This document shows, in pieces, positions 47,732-61,097 of a stretch of 64,000 nt of DNA (position 1 is its first letter; every line of letters begins with the position of its first letter). The position numbers were made by a program, and so were the translations under genes. Origin of the DNA: Oopsacas minuta (lineage: Eukaryota > Animalia > Porifera). Under the pieces are notes generated by a model that saw only the letters and a program-made list of their open reading frames with translations, ran no database searches and was not told the origin of the DNA. The stretch is taken from assembly GCA_024704765.1 (NCBI GenBank), contig JAKMXF010000343.1, forward strand, positions 744,001 to 808,000. Direction: 5' to 3'.

Positions 47732-49930
47732 CTATCAAACACACAAATGGGATGTTTGTGGCGACTTCATAATGCTAGGATTTCTACTTGGATTACAGGC
47801 TGGTTATACAAAACATTCCTGCTTCCTTTGTTTGTGGATTAGTAGGGCAGATGACCAGCACTACATTAAAATAGATTGGCCCGTCAGAGAGGAGTTAATT
47901 CCAGGAACACATAACGTCATTCACAATGCTCTTTTCAACCAGAGAAGTTTTGTTACCACCACATCATATAAAGTTAGGGCTTGTGAAGCAATTCATCAAA
48001 TCCCTGAATCCCGATAGTGATACCTTCAAGCATATACGTTCAATGTTTCCAAAACTATCTGAGGGAAAAGTAAGAAATGGAATCTTCGTTGGACCTCAAA
48101 TTAGGCGGATGCTAGCATGTAGCGAGTTAGAAACCAAAATGAATGTTGTTGAAAAGAGAGCTTGGCAAGCATTCAGGCTTGTAGTTAGAGGATTTTTGGG
48201 GAATAGAAAGTCAAAAAGCTATGAGGAACTCGTTAATAACTTAATTGCAAGTTATCAACATCAAGGATAGAATGTCACTCAAACTACATTATTTACACTC
48301 AAACTTGGGCTTCTTAGGCCGAATTTGGGAGATGTGAGCGAGGAACAAGGTGAATGTTTCCACCACGACATGTTAGTCATGGAGAAGAGGTATCAGGGAA
48401 AGTGGGACGAACGTATGATGGGAGAATACTTGTGGTGTTTGATACGCGATGCTCCGAATATACACAAAAGAAAATGCTTAAAAAAACATTTTTGACTTAT
48501 ACGTCACTTATTACGTTATATAGTATAATATTGATTATAATACAGTAAAATGTCATATAATTAAGGAACGCATTCGTATTTTGAAGATTCACGAGCATTT
48601 GTTTAGGGGATGAAGTATGATAAAATATGCATTTTGGACTTATTGAAGAAAGTTTCGATTCTGATCTAATCATCGATGGAAATTAACAAATATTGCTACT
48701 TTTGGTATCCACGCACCTTAAAGCAGTGGAAAAAAAACTAAAAATTTAGATCAACAAACCTTTCAGAATATTTGTTGCATTGTGTAATTAATCCAAAAGT
48801 GTGAAAATCAGATTCAGCATGTTCGATATAATTAGTGAAGTTTCATTGAATTCTATTTACTTCCTTGATAAAACGATAAATGCATAGTTATGCGTCAATT
48901 TAAAATTGCATACCGTAAATCCTTTCCTTGACAACGGACAAACAAACAGACAGACAACAATTGTGATTTAATAGTATAGATTTGTGAATAAACCCTATAA
49001 TTCTTTCATAACCATTATCTATCATTGATTATAATGGTGTGCAGTAGCATTATTTGGGTGTTGTCCTGATAAATAGGTTCGTAACCTCACTATTCACATT
49101 ATGCTGTAGTTTCACCGTTCGCCAAATTGTCTTTCACGGAAATTACAGAAATATAACTCCCGCGAACTGTGAAGGATACCACTATACTGACGGTCATAAT
49201 TAATTGATTAGAACTAAGTGGCGCTGAAAATCATAGAATTATTAACACCTTTGCTGTGAAACTTAAGCGAATATATTAGTTTAATCATGACCAATCCATG
49301 AATAATGATTTAATCGAATAATTCATAATTCTAGTGTCAGAGATTAAATATTCAATAATATTTATGTGCACATAGCGCAAATAGGGTTTAAAACCTTCGA
49401 TCAATCTGATGAGATTATAAGGAATTTTGGATCTAGTAAAACTACTACCTTATTTGAATTCCTTTGATGTAGTTGACAAATAATTTAGTAGTGTTCTATT
49501 TAGGTAGTTCACAGGTAACTTTAAAATAGATAGGCAAAAATAAATTATTGAGATTTTCAAAATTTCTAGATCAGAATTTTCAGTGGAATCCGTAATGCAG
49601 TGAAAAAAATGTCTCTCTATCAAACTATTATATTTATTTATCTCCATATTTTTGTAAATGTATTCGCAATTCTGTTAAAACATATATTTCAAGCATAAAA
49701 ATATAGCCCACTAGTATGTTAGACATAATTTTTGTTCTGAAGTTGGTAGTTTTGAAATCTGCTACAAATAGATGTGACATTTTATTAGTATTTCTATTTC
49801 ACATTATATTATTTATTTTAATATCTTTCAAATTAATTTATAATGTGTTCATAGTAATACAGCACATATTAATTATATAGAGTGTCCGTTAAATAAAACG
49901 AATTGATCTTGCATATATTCAATCCTTATA

Positions 49931-50847
49931 CAGCCAGGGGACAAAAGTATTCGACCACACAAATATATTGTCATAAATTGCATACTCTTTCCCGCTCCTA
50001 TAAATTGTGTAGTCTATATTCGTAGCTGCTATCTAGTAATTTGTATAGAATGACATATGTTTTTCAAGAATTTCAAAAAAATATTTTAGATTGACACTTT
50101 TTGAAGGTGTTAATTATTAATAATTATTAGATAATTATTGATAATCAAAATATGTGGTAATTCAAAACCTATTAAGAATCTATAATTTCTGACTTGATAT
50201 TTGAATTCTACGTAGGCGAGTTACCCCAGATTGAAATTTCAAATCGGATTGAGCAATTTTTACCAGAGTTATAGATGAATTTCAATTTTGTGCCATTTGT
50301 GCCACCTTTTGCCGAAGGTGGCACAAGTGGCCGCTACCAAGAGGTTATTTTGGAATTCAAGGGTTAGCATAGTCATATCATTCGAAAATATTACTTCGAC
50401 TTATTCCTCCTAGCCCTAGTTGATTTCCTTGTAGTGGCGCTTTTTCCTGCCACCTGTGCCACTTTTTCAAAAAGTGGCACAAGTGGCACAAATTGAAATT
50501 CTTTTATAACTTTGGTAAAAATTGTTCAATCCGATTTGAAATTTCAATCTGGGGTAACTCGCCTACGTAGAATTCAAATATCAAGTCAGAAATTATAGAT
50601 TCTTAATAAGTTTTGAATTACCACATATTTTGATTATCAATAATTATCTAATAATTATTAATAATTAACACCTTCAAAAAGTGTCAATCTAAAATATTTT
50701 TTTGAAATTCTTGAAAAACATATGTTATTCTATACAAATTACTAGATAGCAGCTACGAATATAGACTACACAATATATAGGAGCGGGAAAGAGTATACAA
50801 TTGATGACAATATATTTGTGTGGTCGAATACTTTTGTCCCCTGACTA
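49931..50847. mobile_element. 917-bp fold-back Tc1-type MITE, copy 2 (core inverted relative to copy 1)
   Basis: Same length and arms as 21683-22599; ends cag(c/t)caggggacaaaagtattcgacc; TA on both sides. Confidence 0.9.
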
Positions 50848-50869
50848 TATGCTAGACAAAGTTTACCAC

Positions 50870-51270
50870 TTTATTCTGGATATTTCTCAATATGTTCCTA
50901 AAATTTCTAACTTGCTATCCTGGAGTGTGCCGATTCTGTTGCTTGCTCTGAAATGTCTCTAACCCCTTTCGCTTGGTAGATATTCCTAGACAAATGAACC
51001 TGATGGCGACACAGTACATGTACTTTGGTGGGAGATGAAAGTCCGGTGAGTAAATATGCTTCTTATAACTGGAAAACCATCCCTCCCAAATTCTTAATTA
51101 CAACTTCACTGAAGCAACATTTCACGACATCTGTGAATAGTTTGAGAGCGCTATAGGATGAATAATTCAGTTGGGATCGAAGTACGGTAATGTTTTAGTA
51201 GTATTCCCATAGGTTGTATCGGAATGATAATGGATTGATGGCAATGAGATTTTCTCTAATCAAAGATTTT
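50870..51270 (-). pseudogene. Divergent Chapaev/Transib-like transposase C-terminal fragment
   Basis: Minus-strand frame reads ...SPTKVHVLCRHQVHL...GVRDISEQATESAHSRI: a KxHxxxxH Zn pair followed by an SEQxxESxH catalytic-E motif. Three stops. Confidence 0.55.
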
Positions 51271-52739
51271 AAATATTTATAACACCCTATTAAAATACAG
51301 TTTTCACCTTGAGAACAATAAAATTTCTCAAAGTTAAGAATTGTACAATTGCTTACATCGATTCAATTGGTGTAAACAATTGAAAATCAGTCCGAATTAT
51401 TTTGTCCAAAGTATATATTAGTGATTTTTCAAAATACTGGATTAGTACAAGCCTAAATAAGTATTAAATAATATGCAGCCTTCATGATTAGCATCAAATT
51501 GTATACATTAGCTTTCAAAAATCGTCTTGTATATCAGTATTTAGCATGATGGGTTATTTTGTCTATCAGGTTATTTGTAGTTATGGAAGTGTAAACAAAT
51601 GGGCAAAATGACCCCCATTTCAACTGAACCTGTGAGCTATTTGAGTAATACATTTGAATAATTCATACTACATTGTGAATATCAATGAATTAGTCAACTT
51701 AGGGTTTAGTATAAAGAAGTAAGAAATTGAATGTTAAGCTGGATGGTATCAAAATATGTTCAGTTTTGCCATTCCCAAAGATGTTTAACTCGTTAATTGA
51801 GTAGATAACTAGCTGTTGAAACACTGGAAATAAAATATTTGTATAAAAGGTATTGTGACTGATGCATTTGTATACTTATATTTCAATTCTACACAATGTG
51901 TATATTGTTTATCCGCATTTTCAAAGCATCCAATTAATCCTCTCTGGAGATATAGCTACTTTATGTTAGTGCAATTGCACACATGTTGTAAGGAAACCCC
52001 GCAACCAACATAGTCCTAGATGTGATATCTTAATTTATAGTTAGTTTCACAGCAACGTTCTCAATTCTCTACTTTTAAGAGAGATTTTATAGTAATCAAT
52101 TATTTATGACCGTAAGTGAATATACATTAACTAGCATATCTTTATAAATAACTAGTACAAAAGATGGCGCATCATGTATGACTTATGTCATTTTTAAGGC
52201 CCTATTGTTAGGATCGCTTTTGTGATACCTCAAGAGACGAAAATTCTTGTTAGTATTGAAGGAATGGTCGCCAAAATCAAATTTTGTTGGTAGCCAACCC
52301 AAGGTAACAAATTCTATATTTAGTGGCTATTATCCACTCCATTACTTCGATTTTCGATACTGAGATTACAAACTCTATGTAGAAAGTAGATGTTTTGGTG
52401 GCAAAAACAAAACAATCAAGTATACACTTGGGTGTATATTAGATATATTTGGTAGCTACCAGATTTATAGAGCACTACAATAGAGCACCATATTAACCAA
52501 ACTGTTTCATATTAGCAGCCACCAGGACCTGCGAATTGTCACACTTTGTACCAAAAATTATTGAAGCTTTGCCATATATAAGCTTGAGTTTCTCAGGTGT
52601 CATTCTTTGATTAGATATCTCACACTGTATAAACTACGATAGATAGTATTTAAACCTGCTTGTTGTCCTTATCTTGTGTTTATTCTGGTATTCTTGGATA
52701 ATCCTGTTGAGAAATAGAACTATTTTTAGATTAAGAATG

Positions 52740-55700
52740 AGTTGTTCATCAAACAATGACAGAAAACATCCCAAGCACCGTAAGCAAAATGACCTATTGG
52801 AGAGTCATGATGTTCAAGTTATTGATCCATCACCAAGGTCAGTTACTATCGATACCCCGCAAGACGAACTTCAGGATCCGGTTCTTTCAACACCACAAAG
52901 AAATGCCTTGAAACCTGAGAAAAAGGAATATTCTTTCAAACATCTTGGTACACTGATAGGTCCTGCCTAGAGTTTTCGGTTTCAATAGGGAATGCTTTTT
53001 GCTTTTGCTCCCATTACCTTCCGAATACGCGTACTGGTCCCGTATGGTCGAAGTATGATGGCTTTGATAGTTGGAATAATAGGAAAAAGGCCATAGAGAA
53101 GCACGAAACCTCAGCAGGACACAAGGAAAGTCGGGTGATGTGGATAACTTCAAAACTGCAAAACCAGATGTTAAGTCGAAATTGAACATTGAATATGCCA
53201 AGGAAATTAAAGACTACCATATCTTGAGGCAGTAGTCAACGTTGTACGAATTTAGGTAAACAGGGGAAAGTGGTTAGAAGGCATAATGAGTCGTTGCATT
53301 AGCCACATTGTTGGTAACTTCCTAGAATTTATGAGTACTGTGCCCAAATATTCTCCGATAGTTGCAACGAAACTAACCAGAAAAGATGCGAACTATACAT
53401 CTCCTAAAATTCAAAACCAATTCATCAAGATAATAGCTGAAGCGTTTTCGGGGAATAGTCAAAGAGGTTCACTCTTCTCGTTTTTCTTAGTTCCAGGGCG
53501 ATGATACCAAGGATCTCTCCAAGATAGAATAAGTCCTGAGTGACCAACATTTAGAAGAGTTTCTTACTTTTAAACCTGGCGAACAGCTAAATGCTCAAAG
53601 TTTATTCGACACTAAGGTAGATACACTGCAAACGAAAGAGTCGATGTTCAAAGTTGTGTCTCAGAGCTACGATGGTGAAGGAATTATGTCGGGCCATTAG
53701 TCAGGTGTACAAAAATTCAACATAAATTAAGTCCCTGGGTACTTTTGTATGTACTGCTATGCGCACACAAGTTAAATCTCTCAATTGTTGATTGTATGTA
53801 GGGTGTCGGACTTATGACAGATTTCTTTGATGCTTTGGAATTGATTTTGGGATTTATCAGTACTTAGTACTACTAACTGAAATACAAATCCATCAAATTC
53901 AGTTACAGTTACAGTTTCAGTTGACAAAATACTACATTTCAGTTTAAGTTCATACCAGTATAGCAGCTAGAGCTTCTCCTTCAAATTCCTTTTATAATCG
54001 AACATATTTTTGTTGTAAATGAATACCTACTATCATTCTAGATCAATACGTCTATATCTATATCACTTGAAGGTTAAGATTGGTTTCTGTTGCTGTGATA
54101 CAAGTTGAGGGCAGGATGCGTTCTTTATCAAAAGAGGCCTTTATAAAGGAATGATAGCATTAAATCATGATATGTTTGAATTGGTGGAGGATTTGAATTA
54201 GAATATTGAATAATAATATAGGATATATTACTTATATTTTCACGTAGAATAATTTCTAGTTCAAATAAGAGGAATAACATTTCAGTTGGTTTAAAGAAAA
54301 CATTTCAGTTTCAGTTATAGAGTGGACGAGCCAGTTTGAATTATGCAAAGCTGGCCAAAGTTAGTTTGAAAATGTCCTGAGCATGTACAGTCTAATATTT
54401 CTCAGGACCTAATGAATAATTATAGAGCGAAGGAACAATGCGTTCTCCTCAAAGTTAACCATTACCTTTGTAATTCATCCAGTATTGTTCGAGGAGATCG
54501 TGAAAGTTATATCCACACTTGCAATGAACCTGCAGTCAAAAGGTATGGACCTTGTCAAAGCACTGGGTCAGATAATATTACGGGTGTTCAATAAGTTCTG
54601 ATCACTACCTCCAAAAGTACCCAAAAGTATGTTTTACACAAACAATCAGTGTTTAACTTTTTCGAAATACTCCGCACCATTATTTATACAGCGTTGAAGA
54701 CGCTCCAACCATTGTGCAAAAATATTTTTATAGTCTCCCGGCGGTATCCGTTTGAGATACTGGAAAATCGCTGATCCCAGTTCTGCGCTGTTGCTAAAAT
54801 GACGACCAGAGGTATTCCTTAAGCTTAGGGAAGAGATAGAAATCACACGGAGCCAGATCTGGGCTGTAGGGTGGATGTTCAAGCTCAATCATCCCCATCC
54901 TTAAGATTTTTCTTTGACTTGCTTGGTTTTGTGAGGACGGGCATTATCATGTAGTGATCTCAACCCTTTAGCACCAGTCCTTTTTCTCCTCTTCAACAAG
55001 CTTTCTTCCACTGCACCAAGATAATTACTAGTGTAGAAGCTTCCAGTAACAGTTTGTCCCTTTGGAATTATCACCTGGGCCATGTGCATCAAAAAATATG
55101 CAATATATGATCTTCGATGATCTGAAATCTGAACGCGGTATCATAGGAGGGCCTGAGTGCTTTCCTATCCACACCTTATTTGCCTCTTTGGAAAAAGGTG
55201 TGTTATACTGAACCCATGTCTCATCACCAGTCACTATCTCAAATAATATTCGCGGGTCGCATTTTGTGTGGGATTTAAGGAGATTACGACAACATCTCAT
55301 CCATCTCTTTCTGGGCCTTTGTGAGTAAATGTGGGACCCATCTGGCACAAACCTTCGTCAACTTGAGCTGTGATCTTAAAATGTGGTCTACACTTCCCAT
55401 CGAGATGCCAACACTATTAAAAAGCTCCCTGATAGTTATATGTGGGCCTAGGTCTATCAGTTTCTTGATAGCGCACGATTTAATGGGAGATGCAGCCGTA
55501 ATTGGTGATCAGGCCGAGGGTCATCTTCGATAGACTTCTTCCCAGCCTGAAACGCTGAGCCCATCTTCTGACTCCTGCATAAGACAGAGCACCTATCGTA
55601 ATATAGACTTGAACCAAATCAAGATGTATCTCGTGTGCAGTTTTCCCGAGGAGAGTACGAATCTTGACATAAGCTCTTTGCTCGATTTTAGAATTCTTGC

Positions 55701-56950
55701 CAAGTGATGTCATAAAGGTATAGTATAAAAAACACCTGTTGTAAAATTTGATATAACTTGTTGAGTTTTTCAGCGATAATGAAAAAATCAATACTAGCTT
55801 GTAGACAGAGGATTAAGTATTCATATTCAAATATCAATATATTATTGTCGTGTTATAAATCCCCACAGTAACACAGTGATCAGAATTTACTGAACGCCCG
55901 TAGTAGAATAGAATCGTAGTTTCAGACAGCAAGAAGCGATATTCAATGCGAAAAGAGCTTGTGGAAACAATATGAAATGTGCTACCAAGATGAATACTAA
56001 GTTAGATAACCAGAACCCTGAAAGGCGACCTATGGGGCACTCTGAATGATGGTCCTTCTGATAATCCTACAACAGAGACTGAATATCTAAGAATGCGCTT
56101 TTATCCCGTAGTGGACATAATTCTTATTGAATTTCGTTGTAGATTTAGCTATAGGAATACCGATATCTAGAAATGTATTTTGGCCCTGAGTGCTCTAATC
56201 CTACTTTCCTTGAAATAGATTCCCTCATGGCTATAGGGAAACACTTCGTCATACCGCATGGTCCAATAATTCTATTATGTCTTCTGAGTGACAATAATGC
56301 GGTCAAACATGTTTTCAAAAGCCCGATAGAGGTAGTTGATGATGCAAGGAGAACATTGGGACCTTATGAAAAAGGTTCCAATGTAATCTTTTGGAAATCT
56401 GATATAACAGTTGGTCGCCGTTGAAACACTCAATGAAGTATCAGAATTTTCACATTGCTCCAGATAGCTGCCACGTATCCCGTTGCTACAGCTTGCTGTT
56501 AGAGGATTTTCGGTTTAGGCACAGATAACAAACAGGCCGAGGCGAAAGACTTCGGATGAAGGCTATATGACTTGGGGATGCCAAAAACTACATGTAGCAT
56601 CACGATGTTTAAAAAGTAATTGTACTACAATTTTAGCTGTCTTCGCGATCTGTTAGGAACGTGCAAAAGCAATTCTCTATGAAGATATTATTAATGAATT
56701 TAAAGATACAGGAAACCAAGTGATAGAAATATTGCTTTATAGCCTGACCAAGTATTTTGGGGATAAGAATTTGTTGCATAGTACGAAGCATAGTACATAT
56801 AATCAGCAATTTAGAGTATAAAACATTATTATTAGTATACTCTACGTCCTAAGTATTCTTCGCATTGAATAATCTCAGTTTTGACTCAAAGCTCCGCAGA
56901 AACGCGATGCATTGCTGAAGGGCCAGCCTAGTGGGCTAGCTAGGCCACTG
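52740..56950 (+). mobile_element. hAT (ZMYM1-type) transposase pseudogene interrupted twice
   Basis: Motifs GFDSWNNRKKAIEKHE, GNFLEFM...YTSPKIQNQFI, QSYDGEGIMSG, RWTSQFELCK, LQSKGMDLVKA, LLQIAATYPVATACC*RIF. Candidate right end gctagctaggccactg at 56950. Inserts at about 53870-54315 (GTTTCA-rich) and 54581-55900. Confidence 0.78.
54581..55900 (-). mobile_element. mariner (DD34D) element, full length (1320 bp), frameshifted
   Basis: TIRs cggg(t/c)gttca(a/g)taa(g/a)ttctgatcact and TA TSD. Motifs EQRAYVKIR, ARWVPH, VTGDETW, HDNARPH, HPYSPDL. The host hAT frame is continuous across it. Confidence 0.93.
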
Positions 56951-58199
56951 GCAGCTAACTGCTCGAACTGGGAGGCCGACAGCATAAATTCGCTGTTATC
57001 ACTTGTCCCTGAAGTTAGTTTATCAACAGCGAAAATATAGTATAAATGCTGAGATAATTGCAGGGATAAATTGTGAATTGTTGAAGAACAGTATTTGTTA
57101 ACAACTGATAGTCTGCTACTAATTGCAAGCAGTCATGGGCTACAGAACACAGGAACATGTATGTCACATAGTATGCGAAAAAAGAAGGGCCGATTAAGAT
57201 ATATAATTTTCAGACAAACCAGCGCACTTACCAATAGCCAATGATAACTTATAGAAATTTCAGTATATGGGCAAACCATTAAGAATACTTAGTAAGCTCT
57301 TAAGGACATCCTTAATGTGGTTTAGGCGCATATAGAGGGATGAAACGAATATATGAATCCGTAAGGGAATTTTATCTAAAGGAAATTAATTCCGAATCTA
57401 ACAAAAGTAACTCATACTTATAGCTAATATAAAAGAAAAATCATGGGTGAATAAAAATAGAAATTTCGTTAAAAGTCAATCATCTAGCAATTTTGAAAAT
57501 CAAATGGAAAGTAATTTATTGATTTTTGATATAAAATCCTGGGTAGTGCAAAAGTGATGAAGTAAAAACAAATCCTGGTGTAAAAATTGGAATAAAACTT
57601 TCGCCACTTTATAAATTCATTCTGTGAAATAAGAAGATTTCAGCCACAATAATAAACAGAAACATTCCAATAAAATTCTAACACCCTGAAATAAAATTTA
57701 GCAACTTCTACCCAAATTTCAGAAAAAAAATTCAGCCCGTTAGTAGGAAAAAACTGCCTTTTGCCGATTTGATTGTAAATTTCATTGGGAAAGCATAGCA
57801 GAGACAAGGTCTCTGCCCTCCCTATTACCCGAATACTTCCGGAAAATATGTCATAAGGAGCCAAAATTTCGATTTGGGTTAAAAGGTAATGTTAAAATTG
57901 TGTGTTCCTTCTCGTCACGAACGTATATTTCCCCCGTAATCGTTTAAGTGTCCTCATAGCCTACTCTATATAAGGCTTGACAGTAACTGGACTGGTGTGA
58001 TATAAATAACTAGTTGAACAGATTCCATTTGTTATATATTGCAGAAAAGGTGCATTTCGGGTCCTAATAAATGTACTGCATAATTGAAGACCAACAAATT
58101 TCAACCATTACATACTAAGTATGTGTCTAGGAATCTAAGTTTAAAAGACGTCATACGTGATATTTTGTAATGGATTATAAGTCTAGGTTAATCTATAAC

Positions 58200-58880
58200 T
58201 AGCTAATTGTGACATCGTTAGACTGTATACCCCACATATACATCAAGTAATATAAAAATATTAAGATGAGATTTCCCTTAAACAATTCGTAAACCACTGT
58301 TTTCATCCAAATATCTATTGCAGAAATCGATTAATAGATACAGAAGTTACGCCACAAAAAATTGTAGGTTCAACGTATAATACGTATTTCAATGGAACAT
58401 AGCAAAGTAGAGTTTCTAAAAATTGGATATGTCCCAAAGTGGGGTTTGCCACAGGCAACTTTGAATGCAATTGCATACAAAAATTCAATTAGAAATTCCA
58501 ATGTAGGGCGAATATGCATCAGAACCAGCCGTTTTTGGGAAATTCCAACATAGGGCGCCTCACAAAACGGTATAAAGGAAGGATCTGAATAGAAGACAAT
58601 AGCCAAATGAAAAACGAAAAGTGATTCATACGTGTATCTCATAACTAGGGTAATATACATTGAAAAATCCCAAGAATAAGCAGCAAGAATATAAGTATAA
58701 AATGTATAAAGGACAAATAAAATTATAATGGACGAAAATAGTAGTATATTCAAATATGTCAGAAGTGGAATAATTACCAAAGTGGTGTGCAGAGTCTTCC
58801 AAAATGCATCCGAGCTCGCAACTTAGGGAAGTAAAACTATGTACATAGGTATATGCCAATCAAAGACAGAGATATTTAGA
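58200..58880 (-). pseudogene. Degenerate multi-pass membrane protein ORF, possibly rhodopsin-like GPCR
   Basis: Long hydrophobic frame 58370-58780 with an upstream extension. After a frameshift it reads TSVSINRFL(A)I, reminiscent of the TM3 DRY region. No family can be fixed by eye. Confidence 0.3.
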
Positions 58881-59089
58881 AATTTACAAGTTACATGACG
58901 CCAAATAAATTTGTAAGGCTATATATAAAACTCAACTTCAAAATAGAATGCTCAGGGTAGATATCTTATAAACAACTAGTATATTTAATACCTCGATAGC
59001 TCCCAGTTACCTATTCGAGGCACTGTCCATTCCTAGCTAATTATCTCTGTGTACAAGAATATATTACAAATCTCTTTACTAATCTAATA

Positions 59090-60419
59090 CTAGGGCGTTC
59101 AATAAGTCTTGCGGGCGATATCATAGAATATGATACAAACACTATCACTAATTCACTATAGTATTCATTCAAAGTAATCCCCTCCTACAGATGCACAAAG
59201 TTTTAATTAACCTTTCCACCCACTTGTAAAACACATTTCTGTACTCTTCTTCGAGGATGGATTTGAAGTACTGGTACAGGCCCGTTCCGAGTGCTTGTAA
59301 TGTTTTAAAATCTTTGCCTTGAAGGTAGATTGTAAGCTCGGGGATTATCCAAAATCACATGGAGCTAGGACTGGTGAGTATGATGGATGGGGAAGTAATT
59401 CTAACCCTTCTATATCCAAGAAATTTTTGGTAAGCTTGGTTGTAGGGAACTGGCGTTATAAATTAAAATCTTCATTCCTCGAGTTCCGGTTTTCGGGCGG
59501 TAATTTTCTAAATTTTTATCAAATTTGAAACACTTGCTTGTGAAGAAAGTAGCAGTAACAGCCTTGCCACTCTCACAAGGTAATTGCAAGACAATTCCAT
59601 GACTACTGAAGAAGATAGTATACATAATCTTAACTTTACTAAAGTCGGGCCTAGGAACTTTCGCCGGTTGTTCGTCGCCTCTCACCCATGATCGCTTCTT
59701 ATACTTGCTATATGGTGTTGAATAGTACACCCACATCTCGTCACCAGTAATAATCTCTGTTAGGCGTCTAGAATCGCAGTTCTCATAAGTTTCCAAGAGT
59801 TTCTTGGCAATATTTAGTCGTGCCAACCTTTGATTCTGACTAAGCTTATGCGGGACCCATTTCCCACAAATCGATCGGTAGCCAGGCTCAGTAGTCAGAA
59901 TTGTATGAATAGCTCCTGATGAAATCTCCATACTTTGTTCTAACTGATTGACAGTAATGCACTTGTCTTTCATGACCATACTTTCAATGAGTGCGATATT
60001 CTCTGAAGTGGTGGCGGATACCGATCTTCCAGATAGAGGCAAATCTGTGACATCAGCATTACCAGATCTAAAACGGGCAGCCCATCGCTCTACAGTAATC
60101 TGGAAAGGCAATCCACGCGCAATATCACCTGTAACTCGCTGAAGATCTGTACGGGCTGGATCTTGAGTATTGTGCGAAACTCTATGTAAGCTCGCCATTT
60201 GAGGTTGAAATTATCATCCGTTGAAGCCATAAATTCAACAGTGGGCATAAATTGACTACACGTAGCTATCTCAAAAATTCATGATTTGTATTGAATAAGC
60301 TTGAAACTTTCAGTATATGGAGTTTAACTATATGGGCTTATAATATATGAAAGTCAGATATATTACTTGACTAATTCCTAAGATATATCATGACCCGCAA
60401 GACTTATTGAACGCCCTGA
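59090..60419 (-). mobile_element. mariner element, near full length; 262-aa ORF remnant
   Basis: TIRs agggcgttcaataagtcttgcggg at both ends. ORF 59410-60198 contains DLPLSGR, CGKWVPHKL, IITGDEMW and IFFSSHG; the C-terminus is frameshifted (HPSYSPVL). Confidence 0.92.
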
Positions 60420-61097
60420 TAATAGTTCCCCTAAATGATATTCATATGTCATAACCAAACAAAATAACTTTCAATTATGTTGATTTTATGCTCTAAATCA
60501 TGCCTGGTTACATATCCATTTTCCAATTATCATATTACACAGACTGCACAATGGTGGCAGACCAAAGTGTGCATGAAAACCTACTAAATAAACTATTTGA
60601 GTTGATTTTATGCAATATACAAACGGCTTGGTGACACATCCATGTTTAAATTTTCACGTTAATCGACATGGATTTATGTAACTTAGGCCACGATACAACC
60701 TTTTTGTATCCAAATTGGATATAGGAGCAGATTTGTATGCAGAAATGTTCATATTGTTAACGCTTCGTAGGAAGAATAATTCTATATGCAAATATCATCG
60801 AAGAGTATATTACCATAAAAAACCATTAATAACTTGAAAAATTTTAATGATTTAGAAAATTGAATCTACGAATATGTTATTCAATCAGGAACGCTAGTAG
60901 GTTTATTAGTGAGTCCCTTAATATTGTTACAAAATCATACTTCAGGAATGTGTTCACTATAGAGAGGAACGAGAGGTTGTAATATATCGAAATTATAGAA
61001 AGTCCAAATATCTAGTAAGAATAATGGGAGAATTTCAAATAGGACGTTACATTTGATTAGAAAATACAAAATAGGAACAATAAATATCCTAAGGTAC

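Larger units (their letters stand above)
43955..48784 (+). mobile_element. Chapaev3-type transposon 2, split by transposon 3
   Basis: Ends caca(g/a)tg(t/c)aacaa; TSD TAA on both sides. N-terminus FCYVCG...DQDKMWSPHFCCGSC...PFAIPRIWREPVNHHDDCYFC. The frame MEMINY|QTHKWDVCGD is restored by removing 45098-47731. Confidence 0.9.
43589..48980 (-). mobile_element. Non-autonomous Helitron (family A), copy 2; host of the nested Chapaev3 elements
   Basis: On the minus strand: A|TCTATACTATTAAATC... through hairpin ACGAGCCAAAGGCTCGT to TTAG|T. Colinear with 34801-35520 once 43955-48784 is removed. Confidence 0.75.
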
